NCBI GenBank assembly: GCA_036004845.1
Contig: DASYRA010000003.1
Span: 1-61,805 of the forward strand
Origin: Candidatus Limnocylindria bacterium
Lineage (GTDB): Bacteria > Chloroflexota > Limnocylindria > QHBO01
Length of the DNA: 61,805 nt
Direction of reading: 5' to 3'
Position numbers and translations under genes: made by a program. Positions 20,588 to 30,826 of the stretch are shown here, piece by piece. The notes under the pieces are model-generated. The model was given only the letters and a program-made list of their open reading frames with translations, made no database searches and had not been told where the DNA came from. The first letter of the stretch is position 1. Every line of letters starts with the position of its first letter.

Positions 20588-20618
20588 TTGACACCGCTGT
20601 GCGGCGCAGTCCTATACT
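20588..20618 (+). promoter_or_regulatory. sigma70-like promoter candidate (TTGACA-N19-TATACT) upstream of potA
   Basis: TTGACA at 20588-20593 and TATACT at 20613-20618. The 19-nt spacer is long. Confidence 0.4.
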
Positions 20619-20680
20619 CCGATCTGGCCCGCACGGCCGCCCTTCCCGATCAGGTTCCCGCAGCGCACGAGGGACCCCGG

Positions 20681-21838
20681 TTGCCGCAAAGCGTCGACGT
20701 TCGGCTCGACCACATCACCAAGCGCTTCCACGAGGTCGTCGCGGTCGACGACCTCTCGCTGGAGGTCGAACGCGGCGAGTTCTTCTCGATGCTCGGGCCG
20801 TCAGGCTGCGGCAAGACCACGACCCTGCGCATGATCGGCGGCTTCGAGGAGGCAACCTCGGGGACGATCTACCTCGGCGACGCCGATGTGACCGGGCTGC
20901 CGCCCTTCAAGCGCGACGTCAACACCGTCTTCCAGAACTACGCTCTCTTCCCGCACCTCACCGTCTTCGAGAACGTGGCGTTCGGCCTTCGCCGGCGCAA
21001 GGTGGCGGCCGACGACATCGCCAACCAGGTCGGCGCCATGCTCGAGCTGGTGGAGCTGCCGGGCTACGAGGCGCGCAAGCCGTCCCAGCTCTCCGGCGGC
21101 CAGCAGCAGCGCGTGGCCCTGGCGCGCGCCCTCATCAACCACCCCCGCGTCCTTCTCCTCGACGAGCCGCTCGGCGCGCTCGACCTGAAGCTGCGCAAGC
21201 AGATGCAGCTCGAGCTGAAGCGGATCCAGACCGAGGTCGGCATCACCTTCATCTACGTCACCCACGACCAGGAAGAGGCGATGACGATGTCCGACCGCAT
21301 CGCGGTGATGCGCGCCGGGCGGATCGAGCAGCTCGGCAACCCCGAGCAGCTCTACGAGCGGCCGACGACCGCGTTCGTGGCCGGCTTCCTGGGCGTCTCG
21401 AACCTGCTCGAGGGCGAGGTCGCCGGCGCGGACGGCTCGCTCGTCACCGTCAAGCTCGCCGACGGGACACTGCTGCGCGCCCCCACCGCGGGCGCGGCGC
21501 AGAGCGGGCCGGTGCGGGTCGGCGTGCGCCCGGAGAAGCTGCGCGTCGATGCCCGAGCCGAGGCCGGCGCCGGCAACGGCCTGAACACGTTGAGTGGGAT
21601 CGTGCTGGACGCCAGCTACATAGGCGTCAGCACCCAGTATCTCGTGCAGACAGCCGAGGGGCATCGGCTCACGGTGTATGCCCAGAACCTCGACACCGCC
21701 GGAGCCAGCGAGTTGCTGGCCGATGGCCAGCGCGTGACCCTGACATGGAAGCCACAGCACACATTCGTGATCAGCGGCCCGGCCGAGCATGTTGCCGGCG
21801 ATCCGCATACGTCGGAGGAAGGAGAGACCGATGAGTGA
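20681..21838 (+). CDS. potA: spermidine/putrescine ABC importer ATP-binding protein
   Basis: [105 protein letters not shown] closely parallels E. coli PotA. Start is set at the TTG at 20681, with GAGGGA 7 nt upstream. Confidence 0.9.
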   Translation: MPQSVDVRLDHITKRFHEVVAVDDLSLEVERGEFFSMLGPSGCGKTTTLRMIGGFEEATSGTIYLGDADVTGLPPFKRDVNTVFQNYALFPHLTVFENVAFGLRRRKVAADDIANQVGAMLELVELPGYEARKPSQLSGGQQQRVALARALINHPRVLLLDEPLGALDLKLRKQMQLELKRIQTEVGITFIYVTHDQEEAMTMSDRIAVMRAGRIEQLGNPEQLYERPTTAFVAGFLGVSNLLEGEVAGADGSLVTVKLADGTLLRAPTAGAAQSGPVRVGVRPEKLRVDARAEAGAGNGLNTLSGIVLDASYIGVSTQYLVQTAEGHRLTVYAQNLDTAGASELLADGQRVTLTWKPQHTFVISGPAEHVAGDPHTSEEGETDE

Positions 21839-23081
21839 CCTTGAGGAGCGGGATGAGATCCAGCGGGCCATCGACCGGATCCTGCGGCAGGATCTCATGT
21901 CCCGGCGCACCTTCATGCGCCGCACCGGCAAGGGCGGGCTTGCGCTCGGGGCGATGCTCACGCTTCCGTCGCTCCTCGCCGCCTGCGCGCCTGCCAAGAA
22001 CAAGCTGGAGTGGGCCAACTGGCCGCTCTACATCGACATCGACGAGGAGAGCGCTCCGGACCCGACTCCGTATCCAAGCCTGAATGCCTTCATCAAGGAG
22101 ACAGGAATCGACGTCCACTACGTCGAGGCGATCAACGACAACGAGGAGTTCTACGGCACCATCCAGCCCGACCTGGCCGCGGGAAACGCGACCGATTGGG
22201 ACATCGTCAGCCCCACCAGCTGGATGGTGAAGCGCATGGCCGACGAGGGCTACCTGGAGGAGCTCGACCACAGCAAGCTCCCACTCTGGACGGCAAACTG
22301 CGCCGACTACGCCAAGGGACTCTGGTTCGACCCGGACAACAAGTACAGCGTCTGGTGGCAGGGCGGCATCACCGGCATCGGCTACGACCCAGAGCTGACC
22401 GGGCGCGAGATCACCAAGTTCGACGACCTGCTCGATCCTGCGTTCAAGGGCCATGTCGGCGGTTTCAGCGACATGCGCGACATGATGACCCTCTGCCTGG
22501 CATCGCTGGGCATCGACCCCACGACCGCCACGGTCGCGCAGGCGCAGGAGGCCAGGGATAAGCTGCTCGCCGCGTCCCAGGACGGACAGTTCCGTGGCTT
22601 CTACGGCAACGAGTACTACGACGCGCTGGCGGCCGGCGACCTGTGGGCATCGGTCGCCTGGTCGGGGGACATCACCCAGATGCAACTCAACGACAACGAC
22701 AAGGTCCAATTCGTCGTCCCGGCGGATGGGGCGCCACGCTGGAATGACAACCTCGTCATCCCCAAGAAGGCCGCGTGGAACGACCAGGCGCACAAGCTGA
22801 TCAATTACTGGTACGACCCGACGGCCGCGACCACCCTCTCCGAGTACATCGGGTACTTCACGCCGGTGAAGGGCATCGCCGACCTGATCCAGGCCGATGC
22901 CGATGCCTACCGGGCCGATGGCGACACTGAAGACGCCGACTACTACGACGCGGTGGCGCCGACGGTTGCCCCGACCGAGGACCAGCTGACCGGGACGTTC
23001 GACTATCCGCAGTTCGAGAACCCCGACGACGAGAGGGCCTGGAACGACATGTTCCTGGAGGTCACGACCGCATCCGGATGA
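21831..23081 (+). CDS. polyamine-type (PotD/PotF-like) substrate-binding lipoprotein with a Tat signal
   Basis: The ATG at 21831 is preceded by GGAAGGAGAG. Twin-arginine motif SRRTFMRR and lipobox LLAAC. It sits between potA and the permease genes. Confidence 0.85.
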   Translation: MSDLEERDEIQRAIDRILRQDLMSRRTFMRRTGKGGLALGAMLTLPSLLAACAPAKNKLEWANWPLYIDIDEESAPDPTPYPSLNAFIKETGIDVHYVEAINDNEEFYGTIQPDLAAGNATDWDIVSPTSWMVKRMADEGYLEELDHSKLPLWTANCADYAKGLWFDPDNKYSVWWQGGITGIGYDPELTGREITKFDDLLDPAFKGHVGGFSDMRDMMTLCLASLGIDPTTATVAQAQEARDKLLAASQDGQFRGFYGNEYYDALAAGDLWASVAWSGDITQMQLNDNDKVQFVVPADGAPRWNDNLVIPKKAAWNDQAHKLINYWYDPTAATTLSEYIGYFTPVKGIADLIQADADAYRADGDTEDADYYDAVAPTVAPTEDQLTGTFDYPQFENPDDERAWNDMFLEVTTASG

Positions 23082-23935
23082 ACCGCGCCGGGCGCCGCTT
23101 GGTGCCGTACCTGCTCCTCCTCCCAGGTACGGCCTGGCTCCTGCTCTTCTTCGCCGTGCCCATGGCCTTCATGCTGGTCATGTCGCTGCAGGAAGGGTCG
23201 CTGAGCGCCGGGTACCACCTCACCTGGAACTGGGGGATCTATCCCGAGGTGGCGAAGGAGTACGGGAACCTCTTCGTGCGCTCCGTCGGCTACGCGCTCG
23301 CAACCACGCTCCTGACCATCGCGATCGGCTTCCCGATGGCCTACACCATCGCCTTCTACGGCGGGAGGCTGAAGAACGCGCTGGTCCTGGTCGTGATCAT
23401 GCCGTTCTTCGTCAGCTTCGTGATCCGTACACTCAACTGGCGGATGATCCTCTCCGACAACGGGCTCGTCTTCGGCACGCTCAAGGACGCGGGGATCCTC
23501 GAACAGTCGTTCCGATTCCTGGCAACGCCTGCCTCGGTGATCTTTGGGCTGACCTACAACTTCCTGCCCTTCATGGTGCTGCCGCTCTACGTCGCGCTCG
23601 AGAAGATCGACCGCCGCCTGATCGAGGCCGGCACCGACCTCTATGCCAGCCGGGCCCAGGCCTTCTGGCGCATCACCTTCCCGCTCGCGCTGCCGGGCGT
23701 GGTGGCCGGCTCCCTGCTGACCTTCATCCCAGCCGTCGGCGACTTCATCAACGCTGACATCATCGGCGCCCGCAGCCCGGAGGTCGCGATGGTCGGCAAC
23801 GTCATCCAGCGGCTCTTCCTGAGCGTGAACGACTTCCCAGCCGCAGCCGCGCTTGGCTTCGTACTGGTGGCGGCAACGATGCTCCTGGTCGGCGTCTACA
23901 CACGGCTGGTCGGAACAGATCGGCTGACGAGCTGA
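23078..23935 (+). CDS. ABC permease, PotB-like
   Basis: 285 aa, about 6 TM helices, EAA loop IEAGTDLYASRAQAFWRITFPLALPG. ATGA overlap upstream. Confidence 0.85.
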   Translation: MNRAGRRLVPYLLLLPGTAWLLLFFAVPMAFMLVMSLQEGSLSAGYHLTWNWGIYPEVAKEYGNLFVRSVGYALATTLLTIAIGFPMAYTIAFYGGRLKNALVLVVIMPFFVSFVIRTLNWRMILSDNGLVFGTLKDAGILEQSFRFLATPASVIFGLTYNFLPFMVLPLYVALEKIDRRLIEAGTDLYASRAQAFWRITFPLALPGVVAGSLLTFIPAVGDFINADIIGARSPEVAMVGNVIQRLFLSVNDFPAAAALGFVLVAATMLLVGVYTRLVGTDRLTS

Positions 23936-24762
23936 TGAGCGGCATCACGCGCTGGCTCCTGCCAGGGTTCACGGGCCTTGTCATCGCCTTCCTCTTCGCG
24001 CCGATCGTGGTGATGATCGCCTTCAGCTTCAACGACCCGGCCGGGCACCAGAACATCACCTGGCAGGGCTTCACCCTCGACAACTACCTCACCATCTGGA
24101 ATCGCTCCGACATCACCGACCCGATGGTGACGAGCCTGACCATCGCGGTCCTGTCGACCGTGGTGGCGACTGCCCTCGGCACCATGGTCGCGCTGTCCCT
24201 GACCCGCTACGAGTTCCACGGGCGGGGCATCCTCAACTTGCTGATCTTCATCCCGATGACGGCTCCGGAGATCATTCTCGGCGCGTCGCTGCTGACGCTG
24301 TGGGTGGCGATGGGCTTCGCTCGCGGGCTCCCGACGATCCTGGTGGCACACATCATGTTCAACATCAGCTACGTGGTCGTCACAGTCCGGGCGCGCCTGA
24401 TCGGCTTCAACCGCTCGCTCGAGGAGGCCGGCATGGATCTGTATGCCACCGAATCGACAACCTTCTGGAAGGTTACCTTCCCGCTCATCTTCCCCGGAAT
24501 CCTGGCCGCGGGGCTGCTCGCCTTCGCGCTGTCGATCGATGATTACGTCATCACCCTCTTCAGCGCCGGCCACACCGTGACGTTCCCGCTCTGGGTGTAC
24601 GGGGCCAGCCGGATCGGGATCCCGCCGGAGGTCAATGCGTTGGGCACGATCTTCTTCGGGATCGCCTTCGTCTTCATCATCGTCCAGGTCTGGGCCCAGC
24701 GCCAGGCTGGTCGCGGCCAACAGGGAGCCGAAGCGCCGATCGCGCCGGTGGCGAGCCGATGA
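23935..24762 (+). CDS. ABC permease, PotC-like
   Basis: 275 aa, EAA loop LEEAGMDLYATESTTFWKVTFPLIFPG. TGATG junction. Confidence 0.85.
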   Translation: MSGITRWLLPGFTGLVIAFLFAPIVVMIAFSFNDPAGHQNITWQGFTLDNYLTIWNRSDITDPMVTSLTIAVLSTVVATALGTMVALSLTRYEFHGRGILNLLIFIPMTAPEIILGASLLTLWVAMGFARGLPTILVAHIMFNISYVVVTVRARLIGFNRSLEEAGMDLYATESTTFWKVTFPLIFPGILAAGLLAFALSIDDYVITLFSAGHTVTFPLWVYGASRIGIPPEVNALGTIFFGIAFVFIIVQVWAQRQAGRGQQGAEAPIAPVASR

Positions 24763-26075
24763 CCGGTCGAGCCCAAGAGGCCGCCGACTGGCAGTCGCTC
24801 CGGAGCGGCGTGCCGCCGGTCTGGGCCCGCTACACAGACCTCGTCGTCGAGCGTGGCGTCGGCTCCTGGATCGAGACGATCGACGGCGAGCGCTACCTCG
24901 ACTACACCTGCGGGATCGGAGTCACGAACACCGGGCACGCCCATCCTCGGGTGGCGGCAGCGATCGCCGAGCAGGCCGCCAGGATCATCCACGCCCAGCA
25001 GAACATCCTGTACCACAAGCCGGGCCTCGAGCTGCACGATCGGCTGCCGCGCACCTTCCCCGGCCTGGGCGATGGGGAGACGGCCGGGCTCTTCCTCTCG
25101 AACTCTGGGGCGGAGGCGATCGAGGCGTCGGTCAAGCTGGCGAAGTACGCCACCCGCCGGCCGGCGATCATCGCCTTCCGCGGCGGCTTCCACGGTCGCA
25201 CGCACGGGGCGATGGCGCTCACCAGCTCCGGGGTCAAGTACCGCGGCCACTTCGAGCCGCTCCTTGGCGGGGTCCACTTCGCGCCGTATCCGTACGTGCT
25301 TCGCAACCCAACCGGCCGCGACGCCCAGGCGGCCGTGGCGCACTCCCTGGCGGGGATCGAGGAGCTCTTCGCAACCGTCATCTACCCCGACGACGTGGCC
25401 GCCTTCCTCGTGGAGCCGATCCTGGGCGAGGGCGGCTACGTCGTCCCGCCGGACAGCTTCCTGCCCGCCCTGCGTGAGCTGGCCGACCGCCACGGCATCC
25501 TGCTCATCGCCGACGAGGTGCAGTCCGGGATGGGGCGCACCGGACGGATGTGGGCCACCGAGTGGTACGACGCGCGCCCGGACATCCTGGTCATGGCCAA
25601 GGGAATCGCCTCGGGGATGCCGCTGTCCGGCATCATGGCCCGCCGCGAGCTGCTGGATCGGTTTGGGCCCGGCTCACACGGCGGGACGTACGGCGGCAAC
25701 GCCGTCGCCTGCGCGGCGGCCGTGGCCACCCTCGACGTGATCGAGTCGGAGGGGCTGCTGGCCAACGCGGCACGACAGGGTGAGCGCCTGCTGGCCGGTC
25801 TCCGTGACGCGGCCGAGGGACACAGCTGCGTCGCCGAGGTGCGCGGGCGGGGCCTGATGATCGGGATCGAGCTCGCACAGGGACCGGAGCTGAAGCCGCG
25901 CCCGGACCTCGCCAAGGGGGTCCTGCGCGAGGCCCTCGATCGCAAGCTGCTGCTGCTCAGCTGTGGCACCCATGGGCAGGTGGTGCGGGTCATCCCGCCG
26001 CTGGTGACGACCGATGACGAGGTCGATATGGCGATCGGCGTGATCCGCGAGGCGCTCGCTGCGGTCGGCGCCTAG
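24759..26075 (+). CDS. class-III (omega-amino / GABA- or putrescine-type) aminotransferase
   Basis: 438 aa. SNSGAEAIEASVKLA, LLIADEVQSGMGRTG, ILVMAKGIASGMPLSG (PLP lysine). ATGA overlap with the permease gene. Confidence 0.9.
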   Translation: MTGRAQEAADWQSLRSGVPPVWARYTDLVVERGVGSWIETIDGERYLDYTCGIGVTNTGHAHPRVAAAIAEQAARIIHAQQNILYHKPGLELHDRLPRTFPGLGDGETAGLFLSNSGAEAIEASVKLAKYATRRPAIIAFRGGFHGRTHGAMALTSSGVKYRGHFEPLLGGVHFAPYPYVLRNPTGRDAQAAVAHSLAGIEELFATVIYPDDVAAFLVEPILGEGGYVVPPDSFLPALRELADRHGILLIADEVQSGMGRTGRMWATEWYDARPDILVMAKGIASGMPLSGIMARRELLDRFGPGSHGGTYGGNAVACAAAVATLDVIESEGLLANAARQGERLLAGLRDAAEGHSCVAEVRGRGLMIGIELAQGPELKPRPDLAKGVLREALDRKLLLLSCGTHGQVVRVIPPLVTTDDEVDMAIGVIREALAAVGA

Positions 26076-26578
26076 CCCTCGACCTCGGCTTCGGCCAGGC
26101 GTCGGTATCGCGACCCGAACCAAAGGAGCGGCTCGCCGCTCTCCTCGTAGCCGGCGGCCACGATCTCGCCGATGAAGATCGTGTGCGTGCCGGCCGCGTG
26201 CGACTCGTGCAGCCGGCAGTCGAAGAATGCGATCGCCCCATCCAGGATCGGCGAGCCGGTCTCCGCCTCGTGCCACGGCGCGTCGCAGAAGCGCTGCAGC
26301 TTGGCGGCCGTGGTCGGCAGGGCAAAGCAGTCGGCGATCGCGCGCTGCTCGGCACCGAGGACGCTGACCGCGAACGAGTGGCTGCCGACGATGGCGACAT
26401 GCGTCTCGCTGCCGCGGTTGATGCTGGCCATCAGCAGCGGCGGGTCGAGGCTGATCGAGGCGACGGCGTTGGCGGTCATCCCCGCCAGCAACGGCCCGTG
26501 CCGCGCGGCGACCACCGTCACGCCGGTGGCGAAGCGGCCCATCATCGCCCGCAGCCAGAGGCCGCGATCGTCGTCCAT
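26072..26578 (-). CDS. flavin reductase-like domain protein
   Basis: Start at MDDDRG (ATG 26576-26578). MMGRFATGVTVVAARHGPLLAGMTANAVASISLDPPLLMASINRGSETH. Confidence 0.8.
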   Translation of the reverse strand: MDDDRGLWLRAMMGRFATGVTVVAARHGPLLAGMTANAVASISLDPPLLMASINRGSETHVAIVGSHSFAVSVLGAEQRAIADCFALPTTAAKLQRFCDAPWHEAETGSPILDGAIAFFDCRLHESHAAGTHTIFIGEIVAAGYEESGEPLLWFGSRYRRLAEAEVEG

Positions 26579-26582
26579 CGGC

Positions 26583-26876
26583 TCAGCGGTAGCGCTCCAG
26601 CCGCTCGACGATGGCGTTCGCGACTGCCCAGTCCTCCTCGGTCGGCTGCTGGCCGCGGTGCAGGTGCACAAGTGGGACCGTGTTCCACGATGGACCGTCG
26701 ACCTGCGGAATGTGGGTGGCCAGGTCGCCCCGATCCAGGACCGCAACGATCGTCGCTCCCCGCTCGCCACCTCGCTCGATGGCCAGCTCCAGGGAATGCG
26801 CGAACTGCTCCGGCGGGCCGAACTCCTGGCCGATGCGCATCGCGATCAGCCCCGCGGTGGGTGGCGTCAGACCCAT
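26583..26876 (-). CDS. hypothetical protein (97 aa)
   Basis: MGLTPPTAGLIAMRIGQEFGPPEQFAHSLELAIERGG... GC3 is about 85% (hand count). There is a 4-nt gap to the flavin reductase gene and a 10-nt overlap with the upstream ORF. No family recognised. Confidence 0.5.
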   Translation of the reverse strand: MGLTPPTAGLIAMRIGQEFGPPEQFAHSLELAIERGGERGATIVAVLDRGDLATHIPQVDGPSWNTVPLVHLHRGQQPTEEDWAVANAIVERLERYR

Positions 26877-27244
26877 CCGAGGCTCCGGAACAGCCAGCCG
26901 AAGAAGGTGACGCTGCCGAGCACGACGAAGCCAACCGCCATGATCACGAGCGCGAAGCCGATGAGGTTGGCCCAAGCCGGCACGTTCGAGGCCTGCGGCC
27001 CGACCGAGCCCTGCGACAGCCAGATCGCCAGGGCGTCGCCATCGACCCGCATCTCGACGTCGCTGTCGAGCGGGACGATCACGACCCGATGCCGGTCGGC
27101 ACTCCCCGCTTCCACGGTGACGAGTGCCCTCGGCTGCTCGCCCTCGCGGACCAGCACGGCGTGGTTGCCGACCGCATTGGTCAACGGCCCAGCCTCGAGC
27201 GGGCCATTCGGGCCGAGCGGGAATGGGGCCTGGCTACCCTCCAT
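26867..27244 (-). CDS. hypothetical C-terminally membrane-anchored protein (125 aa)
   Basis: MEGSQAPFPLGPNGPLEAG... with a C-terminal hydrophobic helix WANLIGFALVIMAVGFVVLGSVTFFGWLF. No family recognised. Confidence 0.5.
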   Translation of the reverse strand: MEGSQAPFPLGPNGPLEAGPLTNAVGNHAVLVREGEQPRALVTVEAGSADRHRVVIVPLDSDVEMRVDGDALAIWLSQGSVGPQASNVPAWANLIGFALVIMAVGFVVLGSVTFFGWLFRSLGWV

Positions 27245-27323
27245 GCGCCGAGCATACCTGCCCTTGGCAGGACTTGGGGCGACGGCATACCCTTAGCGCC
27301 CATTCGAGAAGGGGAGGAGTCTC

Positions 27324-27875
27324 GTGCGCCCGACGCCCGCCATCCTGAGCCTGGTCGTGCTGCTCGCCGCCTGCGCGTCGTCACCCGGCGCATCGAACGC
27401 CGAGCCCTCGTCGGGAGCGGTCCCGTCGCAGGCCACCGAGTCGCATCCGGCGTCTGGCGAGCCGACCCCTGGAACCGACCTGACTGCCTGCGAGCTCGTC
27501 ACCGCTGGCGACATCGAGGCAGCCCTGTCGCTGGATCCCGGCACCGTCTCCGAGGGGAGGCTCGAGGAGCAGCCGACCGTCCTCGATCCGGCGACGAATG
27601 AATGCCGCTACCGCGACGACAGCTGGGGCGCCTTGATCATCCATGTGACGCCCACCGATGGCGTCAACACGTGGGACGCGCTCGCCGCCGTCTACAGTGG
27701 GCCGGCCGAGTCACTCAATGTGGGCGACGCGGGCCTCTGGTTCGAGGACGACGACCGCGGCTACTTCCTTAAAGGCTCCGTGATGCTCTTCCTGCAGTTT
27801 CAGTTCATCGCCGATGGCACGCCGTTCCGCGACCCTACCATCGCCCTGGGCGAGGCCGCCGTCGCCAAGATCTAG
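27324..27875 (+). CDS. lipoprotein of unknown function
   Basis: The GTG start is preceded by GGAGGAG. Signal/lipobox ILSLVVLLAACASS. Confidence 0.7.
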   Translation: MRPTPAILSLVVLLAACASSPGASNAEPSSGAVPSQATESHPASGEPTPGTDLTACELVTAGDIEAALSLDPGTVSEGRLEEQPTVLDPATNECRYRDDSWGALIIHVTPTDGVNTWDALAAVYSGPAESLNVGDAGLWFEDDDRGYFLKGSVMLFLQFQFIADGTPFRDPTIALGEAAVAKI

Positions 27876-28783
27876 GGCCGGAGCAGCCCCAGGGCGGGAG
27901 CGAGCCCTTCGATTGTCTCGGCGTTGATCGGGTCCAGCACGAGCTGGACGTGGGCGACACCCTCGGCCTCGAAACCGCGCAGGGTGGCCGCCAGCGTGTC
28001 CGGATCGCTCGGGATCGGCGTCACGCGGGCGTCCTTCATGGAGCCCAACGAGCGGCCGCCGGTGCCCGGGAAGGCGACCAGCAGGGCAATCGTGCGCTCC
28101 ACCTCCTGCGGGTCGCGCCCTGCTGTGCGGCATGCCGCATCGATCGTGTCGCGCAGGCCTCGGTAGCCGTCGATGCTGTTCCCGAACCAGGTGAACCAGG
28201 CGTTCCAGGCCTGCACCCACGGCAGGGTGATCGACAGCATCCGCTCCCCCATCGAGCCGACCATGAGCGGTGGTCCCTCGCCATGCTCGTGGCGAGGTCC
28301 GCGCGGCAGCAGCTCGCACTCCTGCAGCTCGAAGTACGTGCCTTGGAAGTCGCAGCGCCCATCGGCGAGGAGGGTGCGAATGATGGTGAAGGCCTCCTCG
28401 AAGCGGCTGACCCGATGATCGAACGGGAAGCCGTAGGCCAGGTATTCCGCCTCGTTCCAGCCCGCGCCGAGGCCCAGGATCAGGCGCCCGCCGCTGACCT
28501 CGTCCACGGTGGCGGCCTGCTTGGCGAGCATGGCGGGGTTGTGGAAGCTGGCCGAGGCAACCAGCGGCCCGATCTGCACCCGTTCGGTCACGGCCGCGAT
28601 GGCGGCGAGCGTCGTCCAGGCTTCCCATGGGCCCCGCGGCGGCCGGTCATCACCGCGATACAGGAGATGGTCGCCGACCCAGATCGAATCGAGCCCGATC
28701 GCCTCGGCGGTGCGGGCCATCTCGCGCAGGTCCGGCCAGCGCGCCACCCACTCGACCTCGGGCAGCTGGACGCCGACCTTCAT
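27872..28783 (-). CDS. LLM-class (luciferase-like) F420-dependent oxidoreductase
   Basis: 303 aa. MKVGVQLP..GLDSIWVGDHLL.., GGRLILGLGAGWNEAEYLAYGFPFDHRVSRFEE. Its ATG shares one base with the TGA of the VWA gene. Confidence 0.88.
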   Translation of the reverse strand: MKVGVQLPEVEWVARWPDLREMARTAEAIGLDSIWVGDHLLYRGDDRPPRGPWEAWTTLAAIAAVTERVQIGPLVASASFHNPAMLAKQAATVDEVSGGRLILGLGAGWNEAEYLAYGFPFDHRVSRFEEAFTIIRTLLADGRCDFQGTYFELQECELLPRGPRHEHGEGPPLMVGSMGERMLSITLPWVQAWNAWFTWFGNSIDGYRGLRDTIDAACRTAGRDPQEVERTIALLVAFPGTGGRSLGSMKDARVTPIPSDPDTLAATLRGFEAEGVAHVQLVLDPINAETIEGLAPALGLLRP

Positions 28784-30816
28784 CAGGCGACGCGCTTGCG
28801 CTTCTTGCTGACGTAGTCGACCAGGACGTACTCGCCAAGGTGCTCGGGCTCCACGTAGAAAGCTCGACCGCGGTTGATGCGGCTCATCAGGTCGACGAAC
28901 TCGGAGAGGTAGCGGGACCGCTCCAGCATGAAGGTGTTGATCACGATCCCCTCCCGCGTCGCGCGTCCGACCTCGCGCAGCGTCGACTGCATCGTGCGCA
29001 TGGTGGGCGGGTACGCGAACTCGACCTGCCCGTTGGCGATGTGCGCCGTCGGCTCGCCGTCGGTGATCACCACGATCTCCTTGTTTCCGCCGCTGCGCCG
29101 GCCGAGCAGCTGGCGCGCGATGATCAGCGCGTGCTGGAGGTTGGTCCCGTACTCGAACTCGTACGGTGAGAGGGTGGCGATCGCCTCGGGCTTGATCTGG
29201 CGCGCGTAGTACGCGAAGCCGACGACGTACAGCCGATCGCGCGGGTACTTGGTGTGAATGAGGGTGTGCAGCGCCATCGCCACCCGCTTGGCGGCGGTCG
29301 AGCAGCCCCGCAGCAGCATCGATCGGCTCATGTCCAGGAGGAGGACCGTCGAGCTGACGGTGGTCTCCTCGGACCGATGCACCTCGAAGTCGCCGGGCGC
29401 GATGCGCACCGGGGTGCCCGGGCCATTGCGCGCCATGGCGTTGAAGAGGGTGCGGTTGAGATCGACTGCGAACGGGTCGCCGTGCTCGAACGGCTTAGTC
29501 TCGTCGGTGAGCTCCCCGCCGCTGCCCGAGGTTGGCAGCGCGTGGCCCCCGAGCGACTCCCGCCGCAGGCGGCTGAAGATGTCCGTCAGCGCGCGCATCC
29601 CGAGCTTGCGGGCCGCGCGTGGCGTCAGCTCGAGCCGATCGTCGCCGCGTTCCAGGTAGCCGGCCTCCTCGAGGGCGCGGGTCAGCGCGCGGAGCTGCTC
29701 GAGGTCTCCGGTCGCCTCGTCGCCACCGAGCGCCTGGAGCGCCTGGGCGTCGATCTGCTCCAGCGAGTCGGGGTCGCGCGCACCGAGCAGCTCCTCCTCC
29801 ATGGCGTCGAAGCGCTGCTGCCGGTCGATGGCGGCGAGCGCCTCCGGAAGCCCGAGCGGCTCGTCGCCACTGAACGGATATGGCTCGCCGAACGGGGAGT
29901 CGGGTCGCAGGGCCTGCAGCGCGCCGGCCAGTCGGGCCATGTCCCAGCGCAGGCGGTCGTCGCGCAACAGCTCATCCATCATCTCCTGGAGCTCGGCCCG
30001 CATCTCCGGACTCAGCGACGACATCAGCGAGGCCATCTGCGAGGCCTGTCGATGGAGATGGTCGATCAGCTGGTCGACGGTCTCGATCCCGGGTGGGAAG
30101 TAATGCCCGTGGCGGAGCATGAAGCTCGCGAAATCGGCGCGCGTGTCGGAGCCCGCCGCGTGCTTCTCGAGGAGCTTGTTGAGGTCGCGCACCATCGCCC
30201 GGACCCCATCGAGATCCTCGGGCGAGATGCCGGCGACGCCCTCCTTCAGCCCCTGGAAGTAGGTCTGGAGCAGCTGCTGGCGAAGCTCGTCGGTGAGCGC
30301 GTTGAATGCGTCGCGCGCATCGACGTCCATGAACTCGTAGTCGCGCAGAGCGGCAAGCCGCCCGGCCAGGTCGGCCGGAAGGGCATCCAGGCGGTCACGC
30401 CGCTGCTGGGCGGTGCGACCCAGCACCTGCTCCGCCATCCGGGCCTGGTCCTGCGCTGGGCCCGGAGCAGCGTCGAGGGCTCGCTGCTCGGCCTCATGAA
30501 CGCGCCGCGCGATCCCCGCCCGCTCCTGCTCGACAATCTGGTCCAGTCGCTCGCCCAGGTCGTCAAGCATCCCGTCAAGGTTCGCCCGTGACAGCTCCTC
30601 CGCCCGACGAGCACGGAGCTGCTCCACGATGCGCCGCAGCCCCGGCACGTCTCCCCCGCGCGTGCCCCGCATGCCGCGCTGCATCAATCGCTGGAGAGCG
30701 CGCCGGATGTCGCCCTCCGCCAGGATGTCGTCCGAGAGCGCCTCCAGGACGTCATCCGCGTCGAAGGGAGGCAGGCTCTGGCTGCCGTCCCAGTGCGAGT
30801 AGCGGTAGATGCTCAT
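28783..30816 (-). CDS. 677-aa protein with a long helical N-terminal region and a C-terminal VWA domain (ChlD/CoxE-like)
   Basis: Start at MSIYRYSHWDGSQ (ATG 30814-30816). MIDAS motif VLLLDMSRSM ... IVVITDGEPT. Confidence 0.85.
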   Translation of the reverse strand: MSIYRYSHWDGSQSLPPFDADDVLEALSDDILAEGDIRRALQRLMQRGMRGTRGGDVPGLRRIVEQLRARRAEELSRANLDGMLDDLGERLDQIVEQERAGIARRVHEAEQRALDAAPGPAQDQARMAEQVLGRTAQQRRDRLDALPADLAGRLAALRDYEFMDVDARDAFNALTDELRQQLLQTYFQGLKEGVAGISPEDLDGVRAMVRDLNKLLEKHAAGSDTRADFASFMLRHGHYFPPGIETVDQLIDHLHRQASQMASLMSSLSPEMRAELQEMMDELLRDDRLRWDMARLAGALQALRPDSPFGEPYPFSGDEPLGLPEALAAIDRQQRFDAMEEELLGARDPDSLEQIDAQALQALGGDEATGDLEQLRALTRALEEAGYLERGDDRLELTPRAARKLGMRALTDIFSRLRRESLGGHALPTSGSGGELTDETKPFEHGDPFAVDLNRTLFNAMARNGPGTPVRIAPGDFEVHRSEETTVSSTVLLLDMSRSMLLRGCSTAAKRVAMALHTLIHTKYPRDRLYVVGFAYYARQIKPEAIATLSPYEFEYGTNLQHALIIARQLLGRRSGGNKEIVVITDGEPTAHIANGQVEFAYPPTMRTMQSTLREVGRATREGIVINTFMLERSRYLSEFVDLMSRINRGRAFYVEPEHLGEYVLVDYVSKKRKRVA

Positions 30817-30826
30817 CGTCTCGTCA

